DNA of 52,215 nt from Catajapyx aquilonaris (taxonomy: Eukaryota), in NCBI GenBank assembly GCA_000934665.2, contig KZ538710.1, positions 1 through 52,215 of the forward strand, written 5' to 3'. Under the pieces are notes generated by a model, which was given only the letters and a program-made list of their open reading frames with translations, ran no database searches and had not been told where the DNA came from. Position 1 is the first letter of the stretch, and each line of letters begins with the position of its first letter. The translations under genes and the position numbers were made by a program. Positions 25,494 to 38,947 of the stretch are shown here, piece after piece.

Positions 25494-25762
25494 AGGTTAG
25501 GTTAGATTAGGGTACGGGCTATGATAGGCTAGGTTGGATTTGGTGACGTTATGATATGATCCGTTAGGTTAGGATAGGTTAGGATAGGTCAGGTCATGTC
25601 AGGAAATGGTTGGGTTAGGCTTATGATAGGTTAGGATAGGTTAGGATAGGTCAGGTCATGTCAGGTTATGGTTGGGTTAGGCTGGTGATAGGTTAGGATA
25701 GGTTACGATAGGTTAGGATAAGTCAGGAATGGTTAGGCCCGGTTAGGGTTGGGTTAGGTTAG
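25494..25762 (+). repeat. Degenerate TTAGG/ATAGG pentamer tract (interstitial telomere-like)
   Basis: GGTTAGGATAGG repeats with an internal ~60-bp duplication. Confidence 0.75.
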
Positions 25763-28700
25763 CTTATGTGACTTTTTTCTAATTATCATCACAAACTCAT
25801 GCTGCTAAATATTTTGTCTGCATCGCACTTTAAACCTCCAGACTATTTTCTCAGGTTCAAAGTCTTAATAACCCTGTACTAACACAATTAGCAAGGCTAA
25901 CGAAATTTTGTGGGCTCGAGATGTATTTTAAGCAAACGATAAAAATACGACATCACCTTACGTCTTCATGAGCTTTAAATCTCATAATTTAACACCCCTC
26001 ACCTTCCACCCTTCCTCTTCCTAACCACCACTTTATATCCCCCCCACTCCTTTTGCTGTTGGAAAATCTGAGTCGTACCCCACGGGGATTATTTCAGTTT
26101 TGCATCTCGCCTAGTTTTGCAGAAAGTTGCAATAATTTATGGAGAGGCTTAACCCTCCCTCTGAATGTGATTTGCAAAAGGGGGAGTTGGTTCAATCTTG
26201 CTCAAAGTGAAGTCTGTGAGATGTAATCCCCTTTCAGCGCAAGTTGCATGCAAAGAGTAAGAATGGTCTCATTCAAGCAAAGAGGGTGATGATGATTATT
26301 ATTATTAATTCCCCCTCCCTCCCTCTCCCTCCATCTTTCTTTATCATGGAGTTGAGCAAAATGGAAAGTTTAAGCCGAAGACAAACGGAGTTGTTGCGGC
26401 GTTTAAATTCAGATCAAGCGTAGTCCTATGAAGTGCTGCTCTTCGAACTTTGGAAGCTTCTAATTGACGTTAGTCTTAAGGCTGGGTGTCTCCAATTAAT
26501 GCAAGTTTGTTGATGGTGATGGACGATTAATCATGGGGCTCGTTTTGATAAATGATGTAGGTGGCAAAGATTGAATGAAAAAAAATCACATGAAGTGGCG
26601 AAAAAATAATTCATACATATTATTAAGTGCTATCCTATGAAAACATAGCCTTAACATAACTCTAGAGAAACACCATAAATATTACCATCTTCGGCACACC
26701 AACATCGCAAACTAATGCAGATATTATTCAGAGCTGATGAATATTATTACAATAACAATTATGAATCCAATTAATGTTTTCCACTTTCACTTTGCAAGTG
26801 CATAAATGGATAAATAATGTGTGTAATTAGCCTTTCCGTTACAGGAGGAGACGGCCAGAATAAATGTGGAAATTACGTGAGTATTACGTATTTGTATTTA
26901 TTCAATATTTTTATGGTATATTATAGTCCATAGTGATTTCGTTAAACTACATATTTTTCATTGATCTGCATAATCTAATTCTAATTGGTACGCCGATACT
27001 GTAAATATAATCGACGAAAATTCTGGAATAATTTTATTGCAATGGCACATAATAATTATTTTCATTCGATTTTAATTGAAAGTACTGATGGATAATTAAT
27101 ACGAATATCACGCAAATATTGTCCTGTTGTTTTCTTGTATTTGGCTCGATTTGCTGGAATTACTGCAAATATATTTCGATAATCAGCATCCCAACTACAC
27201 AATCTTCGAACACATTTGGTTGCTTTTATGATCACTCTTTAGTCTGCTGCAAGTGCCCTAATAAACTCGGACTTCAATTGAAATCCACATTCAATTACCT
27301 CCAAACACAACTCATTTTACCACCTTTTTTTCTTGTAAACCCCATCCACTGAATTAGAGGGTATCTCTCTTGCCTCTGGGCAAGCTGAAGATGGCATAAC
27401 TAATTAAAAACGCAAGAATGAGCTCAATTATCAGGAGCCATTTTCTAGGCTGCAAATTAATGCGAACAACGCACCGGATTACACATAAAACCGGGCCAAT
27501 AACACCGCCAAGATGGAAGAGCAAAAAAATCATAATTTTTCATTATGGAAATGAATGCTAAACTTCAAAGGGCTTGTAGCACACACACACACACAGAAAA
27601 AAATGGCAGCATTCCACAACGTATATCTGTGCAGAGTCAAAGCCATGCACATCCTCCGGTTGTATACTGTATACCTGTAGTATGTATATTCACATTGCTG
27701 CTGGTGGATTCATGCAAATGGCAAAATGATGAATTCCTCTTGCTGAAAACGGCTGGCAGCGGTTTTAACTTCAAACCCATTTAATTCCGACGACTGCAAA
27801 GGGGTTAACGGTCACACCTGCAAATTCCAACGAACGCAATGCGTACACAATCAACATGGCGGCCATCATAATGGAAATTAAATTATGGCCAGGCCAACCT
27901 TCTCAATGCATATTATTTTAGCTTAAGCATTACATGAACAAGTCTTAAAAGTAAACTTAGGGCTTTAAAAAATGTCAATAGTTTTCTGGCTTCCAAATCC
28001 CAGCCAGGATTATGAGTTTAAACGTCATAGAGACACGCAACTTGTGTTGGCAAAAAAGAAAACTTCTATCTATATCTCTTACACGAAAACGGGTTTCGGA
28101 TATGGCTTGGAGCACGTAACTGCATATAACCTATTCATCCATTTCGAGGTCATGTTTATATACCCACCCCCAAAAAATTGTCTGGAGCATTGACAGTAAT
28201 GGACATGAAAATGCATGGCTCCGGGTAGGAGATACGACCAGTTTCATTTCCGTCACGTTACAATTTTTTTTCGGTACCAGACACGACAATATATTTCGCA
28301 AAAGTTGTTCGAACACCAATAATTTTTGCGACATGCCAGAAAGTCTCCTTTCTCGTATAGAGTCAGGCCGAAATCATTTTCCTCGTGGCTTAAGTTACCT
28401 TGGCTCCTTTCCCAATCAACCAACCTGAACTCATTTAGTCTAATTATCTGTCCCTTTCACGTCCCATGTTTTGGGTGACCCCCCGCCGGCTTCTTCATGT
28501 ACAGTGTGGTCCATATCCAAAGTACACAATCCAAAATGGAAGTACTGAGAGTAACAATGAATATTAGCTTTCAGAAACCACTTGTTAAAATTGATAATCA
28601 CATTAATTTTTTATATATTAATATTGCTTTTGTAATGTACTAGTAAATGAACTAGTGTGACTTGGGCAGTGTACCACCTTGCGTTTGGAGATGGATGGAT

Positions 28701-30289
28701 GACGATTGGCTCTTCTCCAACAACACCTGACTCGTACATCCCCCTGTGGCGGAAATCTAGGCCTTCACAATACCCTCGCCGAAAGCTCCCAGATTTTGGC
28801 TTACCCTCAAAAATTTAGCACTCTACGAAAAAAAATGGCAAAAATCAAAAACCGCCATATGCGCGCGCATCCAGCTCAAAAAATGTTAAAATATACACTC
28901 AATTTAATTCGTTTGAGGCAACAAAATGCAACATCCTGATTCATTTTTGAAGCAATTAACATGCAGAATCTTTCCGTGCAACACATCCATATATTCAGGA
29001 GAATACTTTGTGTCTTACTCCAGAAGTTTTCCTTCCTTTTTTCATGTTTTTTTCTTTATTTTTTTTTGTATGTGATCCTGATCCCCAAGGGAGTGCTTTC
29101 CCCCCGCCAGCTTGTGGAAAAGGAATTATTTATAGGGGTAAGTGGCAGTAAGCTGCCTGGAAAGAGGCCAGAGGAATCCCAGGCACCCCCCCTGATCACA
29201 TGGCAGGTTCAAAGGTGCAAAGGGGAGGATGGGTAAGCAATAATGCCTTCCTCTTACTCCCCTCAAAAGAGAAGAAAAAAAGGACCCCCTTGGTTCAAAA
29301 AAAAAATTTTTTTTGAAGAAAAAAAGTCTGAGGGAAAAAGTCCGTATATAGGTGCTGAAGGCATTTTATTTGGTGCGTACCATGCCTCTGGAGAGAAGGG
29401 TCTGCCAAATTGGGTGGACGTGTGAGGAGTTATGAGCAGATGAGACCTCCAACATTCCACCAATACCAACCCAGCCTATATACACAGGCTGCACAGACCA
29501 TAAAGACTTTGATCATTCTGCATTTCACGTCTTCAAAAAATTTGTTAAAGTCAGACAAAAACTTGGTCAGTGTCCCTGCAATGGCGGATATTGCACATTT
29601 CTCAAATTAAAATCGAAGTCCTGTCTCCAAGGCCTACCGGAACATCAGTGTTTCGCTAATAACCTGCTCTGTACTATAATAGAGTTGTCTAAGTTGAAAG
29701 TACATAGTATAAAACAGTTTGCTCTACAAACTCTTAAGTGAGGTTGTAGCGGTTGCCAGGCTTTTCTTGAGAGAAGCAACTAGAGAAAGTCTGATGGCGG
29801 CAGCATTGCACATCCTTCAAAGTCCGCCCGAGTGGTTTGAATTAGAGGACTTGCAAGCTTTAAGCTGGTGCTGGGCGCACAGCCTGTTAAAACATCAAAC
29901 AGCTGGCTGGGAGGGTATAGTGGGTGGTAAGGATATATAGGGCTGGAGTAGGAGGCTTTACTCCACACCACCCCTTCGAAAATGGAAACTTTGTTAGTGG
30001 GGCTCTCCATGTGAATTGCACCGGTTCCTCCGGCTGACAACGCTCTCCAAGGACCAAATAACCTGATTGCTTGGCTTTTCCGGGTTTTGCTGGAGCCCTT
30101 TTTTTCCGGGTGCCAAATATGGAGTTTCTAACCAAACTACGTGGCATGTTCGCTCATCACATCACCCTGAAGCTGTTTGTAAAACTAGGCACACAAGAGT
30201 CCAGCCAAAATCCAGGATTGACCCAAATTAGTCCCGAAAATTAGCAAGGTAGAAGACCTGAAGCTGAAATTTGACTCCAAGAGAGGCAT

Positions 30290-30500
30290 CCTAGCTAGGC
30301 CTAGCTGCATGTGGCTTAGCCAGGCCTAGCTTCATGCAGCTTAGCTAGGCCCAGCTCCATGTGGATTAGGTAGGCCTAGCTCCATGTGGCTTAGCCAGGC
30401 CTAGCTTCATGCAGCTTAGCTAGGCCCAGCTACATGTGGATTAGGTAGGCCTAGCTTCATGTGGCTCAGCTATCCCTAGCTCCATGTGGCCTAGCTAGGG
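30290..30500 (+). repeat. 25-bp minisatellite with 75-bp higher-order repeat (CTAGCT...CATG..GCTTAGC.AGGC)
   Basis: About 8 units; the three-unit pattern is repeated twice. Confidence 0.9.
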
Positions 30501-31830
30501 CGCCTTTCTTGGGGGCTATTGGGCTTCATGGTCTGCTACCTTACTCATTTCCACGACTGATATCACTCTAGATTTTTTAACTTTAAAAAATGTTAGCGCA
30601 CACCGAGGGACATTGTACCTCATGAGCGTAACTCTGTTCTGAATCTGTTTACCAAGCGTAGCCCTGGAAAGATTGGCTATTAAGTGTGGGCCATACTTCC
30701 AGTCCATAACCATGATTGAATGACACAATCTGAGGGTGTTACAGAGCTTCATAATTCAAGTGTGGGATGGGTGGGAGTGCGATAATATTCAGAGTTATGG
30801 AACCCAGGCCTGAGTTGTGTTGCAATGTCAACATTGTTAATAATTTTGATCTCGACCCAACAGAATAAGAGACGAAAATCTTTTTACGTGCCTTAAAATG
30901 AGCATGTCTACCAGTAATTAAAACCGAGCGTTGCCTCGTTTTATGACCATATAAAAGGCTCACCATCTGGCCTTTCTTTCACACTCGTCCGCTTCAACAA
31001 AAAAAAGCAAGCGCCTGCGTCATACTGTCCAGGCCAAACAAATGAGATCACATGACAAGCAGCCAACGTGAAAATTATGGTCCAGGATACCTGATCCTCT
31101 CCAAGCTACCAAGCTAGATAAATGCGTTTTTCCCTACTTGCTTTTTTTTAAAAAAAATGTCTAGCCATGTGTCAAAAAAGCAGAGTTGGAATTAAAAACC
31201 GAGAGGGGAAAAAAATGGCGTCGAATTTCAGAGTTGGAATTACTTTCATCTCTGCAGAAAATGTTGCATTTCCTTGGCGCGACAGTACTGCTAATTATAT
31301 AGTGAATGAACAATCTAAGAGAAGCTTTTTGCAGTGTACATAAATGAACGGCAGCCACGCACGCAAAAGACCTCATTAGCCCTTCCAGCATCAAAATGCA
31401 CACAATTTACATTCGAGAAAAGGCAGCACATTTCACGGGGCCCTGCAAAAAAGATTTTACGTGCCGGACTTACTGTTAGGGGAGTTGGCAGGGGAACACT
31501 TGCTCATTATTGCTTCTAAGCTCCTATATACCTTCAAGCCTGCTTGATAAATCGCACTCAAGGGTCGTATGTGTGAGCTGACTTCGCATCGGGAGGTCCC
31601 AGAATCACCGTTACCGCTGACACTTTCCAGGCTGTAAATTTACGACACTTTTGGTCAGGTCTTATATGTCTCCGGTTTAGTAGTGGCATTGCAATTACGA
31701 AACGATAGAACAACTAAATAAAATAAAGTCTGTTCTTCGTAAATGAAAGGCAGAAATGAATTTTTGCACTATCTGGCGCCTTGTGCGCCGCGGGAAAACG
31801 AACGTTAATGTGGCTTTGCCTATTTTTACA

Positions 31831-31905
31831 TATAGTTCCACTTGTGCCACTTTGCCTATAGTTCCACTTGTGCCACTTTGCCTATAGTTCCACGTGTGCC
31901 ACTTT
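31831..31905 (+). repeat. 26-bp tandem repeat x3 (TATAGTTCCACTTGTGCCACTTTGCC)
   Basis: Direct inspection. Confidence 0.9.
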
Positions 31906-32392
31906 CACCTAAATTCCTACCAGATAATTTTGCAGCATGGCTGAGTAAATGAGGTGAGGAAAAGTCAGCGACTCTTACCCTCTGCGCTCCTGCTGCGTGA
32001 TGCAGGAACACACTCTGCCAAATGAGTGTGCCTTCCAAGTTAACGGAATTAAGGATCCTTCTCTCTCTGAACCAACACCAGAGCAGGAGTATCAGGTTTT
32101 CCTCTCCTTCCGTATAATGGTCGGGGAGCTCCTCTTCTCTCAATCATTCCTCCCCCGGAAAATCCGGCAGCAATGCAGGCTCATTGGGCCTCTTCCAATT
32201 CATTCTCATGCACATGAAATTCTAGCCTGATAAAGCCTCCTCCCCACCTCCACCCTCGCCACTTCATCCCAGTAATGACCACCTCCTCCCTCCAGGCTCT
32301 CTCACCTACTCCATTTGACCTCATCCCATTTCCCAAACTGCTTCACTCAACTCTCTTTTCCCCCGTGGAGCACACGCAGTTCCTTCATAATA

Positions 32393-32643
32393 CAGGGTGT
32401 ACATAAAATTATAGGTCATGCACTTACAGGGATCTATCTAGAGGCCAACGACTTGTAACTTCTCGGTTTGGCTGTGAAGGCGTCCAACCTGATTGCAAAA
32501 GACTGTCCATTGTTCAATATTATAATTATTTAGGAATGTAATAGAAATTATTTAATTTTAAAAAATACGAAAGGATCTTTGTTTGAAGATGATTTTCCTC
32601 AGCCTGTTGCAACGTGCGTCATCAGAGTTTTGGCCTCACCCTG
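32393..32643. mobile_element. Mariner-type MITE
   Basis: TA|CAGGGTG ... CACCCTG|TA termini. Similar ends occur at 3815, ~50199 and ~52125. Confidence 0.55.
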
Positions 32644-33140
32644 TATACACATAGCCGGAAGTATTCTCCCAGCTAATGGAATACCGGCCCTGGAGACCTG
32701 GTAGTGCTGTAGTTATTAGGTCGCATTATCAGTCCCGAAAGTGACCTCGTGCATAGCCACGTGGGCCTCGGGGCAGACCCGGGGTTATGTCACATTAAGA
32801 GTATATAAGTGAGGTTATCGTCATCGCCAACTACTAACCAGCAGAGGTGGAAGGCAGAATCAGGAAGGCACAAAATTCCGTTTGCTGATTTGGGGTGGTC
32901 CAGAGGGGGAAAAGAGATATCCAATGGGGGAATTGGCAAGGCAAAGGGGATTAGCAGGAACCTGATTAAAGGGACAGCAGCTTAAAAAGAATGGGTTTCG
33001 GAATGATATCGGATCAAGCCTTCCTATCTCTTCCATCTTCTCCAACCCCCCAGCCGATGCAGATGTCATTTGTCACAGGATTGAACTAGTTACGTCAAGT
33101 TATACAGCAAAAGTTATCCAAAAAGGAAGTCAAAAACAGA

Positions 33141-33747
33141 CTCGCTAAGCTCGGCGGGTCCTCGGAGCGGCTTGGCGTCTGTTGGCACTACATTAGGGAT
33201 TGGTATCACTGGAGCGAAGGTAGCTACGCCATCCGCAGAATGGAGAAGTACAATATCCTTGAAAACCGTTGAAACCAGATTTTACGGCAAGTGGCGCACT
33301 CTAGAAAGTTATACAGTGTTAGACATTAATTCCGTCATACTGCTAGCGACATTTTCCGATGCGGAAGACGTGCAAATCGAAGTGCGAGCAATGTCCTACA
33401 CTGTACAAGTACTATCCTTGGTCAGATGGCGGGATGACCGAAGCGGACGGGGGACGGAGGGGAGTTGAGTCGGTGGGGCGATAGTGGCGCTCGTCTGGCG
33501 GTCGATCCGGCCCAGCGGATAAGGTGAAAAATTCAAAAATCTTATTTTGGCCCTAGCTCGTAAACGGCGATGAAATTTACAATTATGATAGTTTTTCGGT
33601 CCCTAATTGTCGACGAGAGCTTTCCAACGAGCCATCTCCCGACCCGCTACGACGCGACGTCGTGAAGTGTGCGAGATATTTTCTATTTTATATCCTCCTC
33701 CTATATCCTATATCCTCGGGTAGGGGCTTTATACTGTATATTATTGA
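33141..33747 (-). mobile_element. Helitron-like non-autonomous element (family B; relative at 50586-51615)
   Basis: Minus-strand 5' end A|TCAATAATATACAGTATAAAGCCCCTACCCGAGGATATAGGATATAGG and 3' end ...AGCGAG|T. Both ends and a TCCAACG..TACGAC..GAAGTG..GAGAT block are shared with 50586-51615. No TSD or TIR. Confidence 0.55.
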
Positions 33748-33937
33748 TAAGGGAAAAGTTTGTCTGTTTGTTCATGGCAACGGGATTACCATTACATCGG
33801 GTTTCCAGCTTGTCCCGGTTTCGTTGCCACGCCAACCCGTGCCGACCTGGTTTCCATAAATAAATGAATTTAATCACCCGCAGCCGTTGTAACGCCATGT
33901 AAGTACTAAATTATTTTAACAGCAGCACTGCTTCTAG
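33748..33937 (+). mobile_element. Short Helitron-like element (family A), head-to-head with the previous element
   Basis: AAGGGAAAAGTTTGTCTGTTTGTT head as in 49313; ends ...GCTTCTAG|T. Confidence 0.45.
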
Positions 33938-34594
33938 TATAGTAGCAGCAGCAAGAAAGGGTCTAGTGGTCGGACATGTTCATCAAACGAGAACCACAAG
34001 CAAGACGAAAGAGGCGGAAACCGCTGCCTTTTTCCCCCCTCTCATAATGTAATAGCAACCTTGTTACTGCAGTAAACCACATCTTTTTAAGGCAATTATC
34101 CTTGCTTATACAAGGAAACGTTGGGACTGGCGGGGGGGCCTGGTCTCCTAAAACCGCACATTGTGTGTGTCTGGTGTGTACCCATCCGAAAGACCGGAGA
34201 GGGTTTGTGTTTCAACTTCCGGCTCAGATGAGCACCCGCCACCCCCCCNNNNNNAAAAAAAAACCTCAAACCCCGGGTAGAGTATATATATTAAAAAAAG
34301 ACCCCGGTTTTAGTTCCAGGGGCTGGGTTTGTACGTACAAAACAAAAACTTCATCAACGTTGACATGCTGTGTTGTTAGTGGCGCCCCAGTGCAAACACC
34401 CTTCTCGCTTTCACGTGACAGGCGTCACACTCTCAATTACACCGCGTAATAAAAGGGCGGTAACGTCACGTCCGTTGGACACGCAATACCAGAGCCAATC
34501 AAACGACCCCACTGTAATTCAAGCATAAACTTAAACATAAACACAAACTGAATGAAAATGAATGAAAAAAGTATGCAAAAAATAAACAAAATCC

Positions 34595-35234
34595 GGAATG
34601 CAAAAGGCAAAGTTTGTCTGTTTGTTTTCTTGTCCAGGTTGCTGTTTCAACGTGTCCCACAATAATGTTCGTTGAGTTGCTGATTCAAAGTGTTCGGTTG
34701 GCAAAGACACAATAACGTTCGTTAGCAAAGTTTGTCTAGGTTGGTGTTTCAACTTGTTCCGTATTGGAAACGCCACAATAACGTTCGTTTACCCGTGGCG
34801 GCACAAGCCGGTCAGTATTGTTGGGAGGATAACACAACTCACAATAATAACGAAAATCATCGGTCAATTTCGGGTTACGCTGCTTGTAAATAGACTAAAT
34901 AAATTATTACTTATTTATGAATTAAAGGGCAAAGTTTGTTTGTTTGCTTGTCCAGCTGGTTGTTTCAACTTGCTCTATTGACAAAGCCACAATAACGTTC
35001 GTTGGACCTGTTTGTTTGTTTGTTTACGCTGGTGTTTCAGCGTGTTCTATTGGAAAAGCCACAATGACGTTCGTTGGACCTGTTTGTTTGTGTGTTTAAG
35101 TTGGTGTTTCAACATGTTCAATTGGAAAAGCCACAATAACGTTCGTTGGCAAAGTTTGTTAGTTTTTCAAGGTTTGGTTTTGTGTTTCAACGTGTTTCGT
35201 ATGGTAACAGGCGAACAACGGGTCCAATGGCTAG
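34595..35234 (+). mobile_element. Two adjacent Helitron-like family A copies carrying ~70-bp internal tandem repeats
   Basis: AAAGGCAAAGTTTGT.TGTTTG..TGTCCAG.TTGGTGTTTCAAC...CCACAATAACGTTCGTT units. The second copy ends ATGGTAACAGGCGAACAACGGGTCCAATGGCTAG|T, like 49445-49484. Confidence 0.65.
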
Positions 35235-35864
35235 TAAACAAATGGAATAAATTTAATTAATGAATTAATTGAAACATACAGTAGCTTTAAACTGCATTGA
35301 TGAAGAAACTGTGGGTATGTAACGTGTTTTAGCTTCCTGATCCAGCTGCAATCACTGTGGTATGTGCTAATAAACCCGCCTCCAACAATATGCCATCGAA
35401 TGAACTCCCAGAGTGCTTGCAAATCCGGGGCCGTATGTGTTTTTTTCGGGGGAAAAAAATTCCAGCCGGATCTGATGCAACTCGTCTCCTGTGCAATCCG
35501 ACCAATTAAAACAGCCTAATCAAATATTTTCCTCCCTGGCTGGGCTGGGCTGATGCTGGGGAGGATACCATTGCTCTCTGTGGGGTGTGTGTGTGCTTGT
35601 AGATGCTGTTTGCATCCCTTATCACCTGATGGATGGATGGATGGATGGATGGATGACCTTTCCAGCCTCTCTTTTCATATGCAAACCACCCACTGATCAA
35701 TAGACCAAACCTAAAGGACCTTCTATTCAACGTCTGTCCACGTAGTGCCATATCTCTCACATGGATGGCGCACCACTGCCACTATCAGGGTTGGGGAAGT
35801 GGTACTACAATCATGCACCTAGCTGACCCTGGACAAGCAGAGAGACACTCCAGTCAATTCTATT

Positions 35865-36685
35865 CTAGTAGAGGTCTACTAGTAGGTCTACTTGCTAGTA
35901 GAGATCCGCTAGTTTAGTAGAGGCCTACTTGCTAGTAGAGATCCGCTAGTTTAGTAGAGGCCTACTTGCTAGTAGAGGTCTCCTTGTTAGTAAGTCTACT
36001 AGCTAATAGAGCTAGTTTAGGAGAGCTCTACTAGTAGGTATACTAGCTAGTTTAGGAGAGCTCTACTAGTAGGTATACTAGCTAGTTTAGGAGAGCTCTA
36101 CTAGTAGGTATATACTAGCTAGTAGCTACTAGTAGAGGTTTACTAGCTAGTAGAGGTGTACTAGTAGAGGTTTACTAGCTAGTAGAGGTGTACTAGTAGA
36201 GGTTTACTAGTAGCAGTAGTAGGTCTATTTGCTAGTAGAGGTGTACTAGTAGCAGTAGTAGGTCTATTTGCTAGTAGATGTGTACTAGTAGCAGTAGTAG
36301 GTCTATTTGCTAGTAGAGGTGTACTAGTAGCAGTAGTAGGTCTATTTGCTAGTAGAGGTGTACTAGTAGCAGTAGTAGGTCTATTTGCTAGTAGAGGTGT
36401 ACTAGTAGGTCTACTTGCTAGTAGAGATCCGCTAGTCTAGTCGAGGTCTACTTGTTAGTAGTAAGTCTACTAGCTAATAGAGCTAGTCTAGGAGAGGTCT
36501 AGTAGGTCAACTGGTCTAGTAGAGGTCTGATAGTAGGGCTACTAGTCTAGGAGATATCTGCTGGTAGAGCTACTAGTCTAGTAGAGGTCTACTAGCTAAT
36601 AGAGGTCTGCTAGTTTAGTAGAGGTCTCCAAGTAGGTCAACTGGCCTAATAGACGTCTGCTAGTATGTCTACTAGTCTAGTAGAT
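35865..36685. repeat. CTAG/TAGTAG-rich compound minisatellite (includes 39-bp units GTGTACTAGTAGCAGTAGTAGGTCTATTTGCTAGTAGAG)
   Basis: Several sub-arrays of different period sharing TAGTAGAGGTCTAC/CTAG cores. Confidence 0.92.
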
Positions 36686-37591
36686 TTGTCCTTAGAACGA
36701 TTTTGTGAGTAATATTTTGTTACTGGCGCATGTAACGTCACCTTTAGTCTCGTAATTAACTATGATGAGTGCGGTAAAGGTTCATTTGCAGGGTAATGAA
36801 CCGACGGTTATTCAAACTTTTCACTCTGGAGCGGTAAATTTAGTTTACGCTATTTTTGCAAGGGTGCCGTATAGTCCCACTCATTTTAGTACTTTTTTTT
36901 ACACTTCATAGCTGGGTGGATATAATGGTGCAGTGCTTTGCAGTTCAAAGTATGGGTACAATATTTTGCACGATTTTTTTTAAAGTCATGGTCAGCTGGT
37001 CTCAGCAATAAAACACTAAAAATTGTGCTTGCAAATGGCAAAAATAACAACGGACGCAAAAGTTGAACGAACTTTGCAGCTACAATAAAAATCGATGTTG
37101 CTAAAATGCTTGCCAAATTTTTCATGACCTTTGCCCCGTGCATTGTTCATCAGGTTCGATACGAATTTAATGTCTCGGTACAGCGAACCGGGTGTGTCAA
37201 AAGTTAGTTACACGATTCCCCATATTGTTGAGAGATGATGAGTACTAACTATTTGGTCGTGTTATTAAAGCTATTGAAGATGAGACAAAAGTGGACCACA
37301 AACTCGATCGAGTTTCTGATGATGAAGTTTTTGGGTCCCCTCTCCCAGAGTCTGACTCTCCATCTCTTAGCCTCGAGGGAAAGGCCTCCCGTTCCTTCCT
37401 TTCAATCTCCTGGACTAATAAGCAGGTAGCCGACAGTCCCTTGTACTGTAGGGACGTGGCCTGTAGCATTCTCTGGAAGTTAATCAACATCTCGGTTCCA
37501 AGCTCCCTTCGCTTGTTTACAACATTGTGGGACTTGGGGTTTCAGCTGGAGGAGGAGGAGGAGGAAAAAGTCTATATGTAAAGGTTTAGCT

Positions 37592-37616
37592 CACAAAGTA
37601 ACTCGAAGTGGGGCAG

Positions 37617-37693
<77 letters not shown>

Positions 37694-38691
37694 GTTATTA
37701 TTATTATTATTACCACAGTTGCCCAATGATATGTTAGTCGCGAGCACTTATTGTGGGTTATGTTATTTGCCCATCAGTGTACTGTCCGTTTTGTGCCGCC
37801 GCTGGAAAACGAACGTTACTGTGGCGTTGCCAATAAAACAAGTGGAAACACCAAATTGAACCAGGATGAACGTAAGCAAACTTTGCCAACGAATGTTACT
37901 GTGGCTTTGTGAATCGAACATGGTAGGTGTTTCAACATGTTCGATTGGAAAACAAACAAACAAACTTGTCCAACGAACGTTATTGCGGCTTTGTCAATAC
38001 CACAAGTTGAAACACCAACCTGGACACGCAAACAAACAAACTTGTCCAACGAAAGTTATTGCCAATCGAACATGGTTGGTGTTTCAACGTGTTCGATTGG
38101 CTATAACTAACTAACTTGTCCAACGAATGTTATTGTGGCTTTGTCAATAGATCACGCTGAAACACCAACCTGGACATGCAAACAAACTTGCCCAACGAAC
38201 GTTATTTTGGCTTTCCTAATCGAACATGGTTGGTGTTTCAACATGTTCGAATAGGCAAACAAACTTGTCCAACGAACGTTATTGTGGCTTTCCCAATCCA
38301 ACACTTTATTTGAACACAACTTGAACAAGCAAACTTCTTCAATGAACGTTATTGTGGTCTTGCCAATAGAACACGTTGAAACACCAACCTGGATAAACAT
38401 GCAAGGAAACAAACATTGCCAACGAACGTTATTGTGGTTTTTCCAACTGAACAAGTTGAAACACCAACCTTAACACACTTGTCCAACGAACTTTATTGCG
38501 GCTTTGCCAATCGAACACATTGAAACACAAATAAACTAATTAACTTGTCCAATGAACGTTATTGTGGCTTTGCCAATTGAGAAAACCTGGACAGACAGAC
38601 AAACTTGTCCAACGAACGTTATTGTGGTTTTGCCACTAAAGCATTTTGAAACACACCTAAACAAACAAACTTTGCATTTTATACGCATAGA
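37592..38691 (-). mobile_element. Helitron-like family A copy with expanded internal ~70-bp tandem array and (TTA)n tract
   Basis: Minus-strand 5' end A|TCTATGCGTATAAAATGCAAAGTTTGTTTG. About a dozen units are reverse-complementary to 34600-35200, and the unique block 37749-37805 matches 34792-34848. The 3' boundary is approximate. Confidence 0.7.
37620..37712 (+). repeat. (TTA)n microsatellite
   Basis: Direct inspection; explains the poly-L ORF. Confidence 0.98.
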
Positions 38692-38760
38692 TTATTATTA
38701 AAATTATTATTACGAGTTCGTGCTGATGCGCAGGTATTTTCGTCCGCCCCATTAAAATAC

Positions 38761-38793
38761 CTTCTTCTCTCTCTCTCTCTTCCTGAATTGCAG
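38761..38793 (+). promoter_or_regulatory. Probable splice acceptor upstream of the first coding exon (implies an upstream non-coding exon)
   Basis: Long polypyrimidine tract CTTCTTCTCTCTCTCTCTCTTCC followed by TGAATTGCAG|. An in-frame TGA at 38921 precedes the ATG. Confidence 0.6.
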
Positions 38794-38947
38794 ACGCACG
38801 TGCCCTCAATCGAGGTCCAATAAAGCGCCAGGCTCCGGGGTGGCAATAATGCATACCGGAGTCCCATAAAATCCGGGAGATGCGGCTCCGCTTCCAGCAG
38901 GAGCATCCAGCTACTTGCCTTGACCCGGATAATCCGGCAGGAATAAG

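Noticed and set aside
31570..31640. GACTTCGCATCGGGAGGTCCC resembling the SINE tRNA head
   Set aside because: Match too short; no intact B box, core or TSD.
37235..37581. Short ORFs suspected to be a retroelement fragment
   Set aside because: No RT, endonuclease or integrase motifs recognisable in the provided translations.
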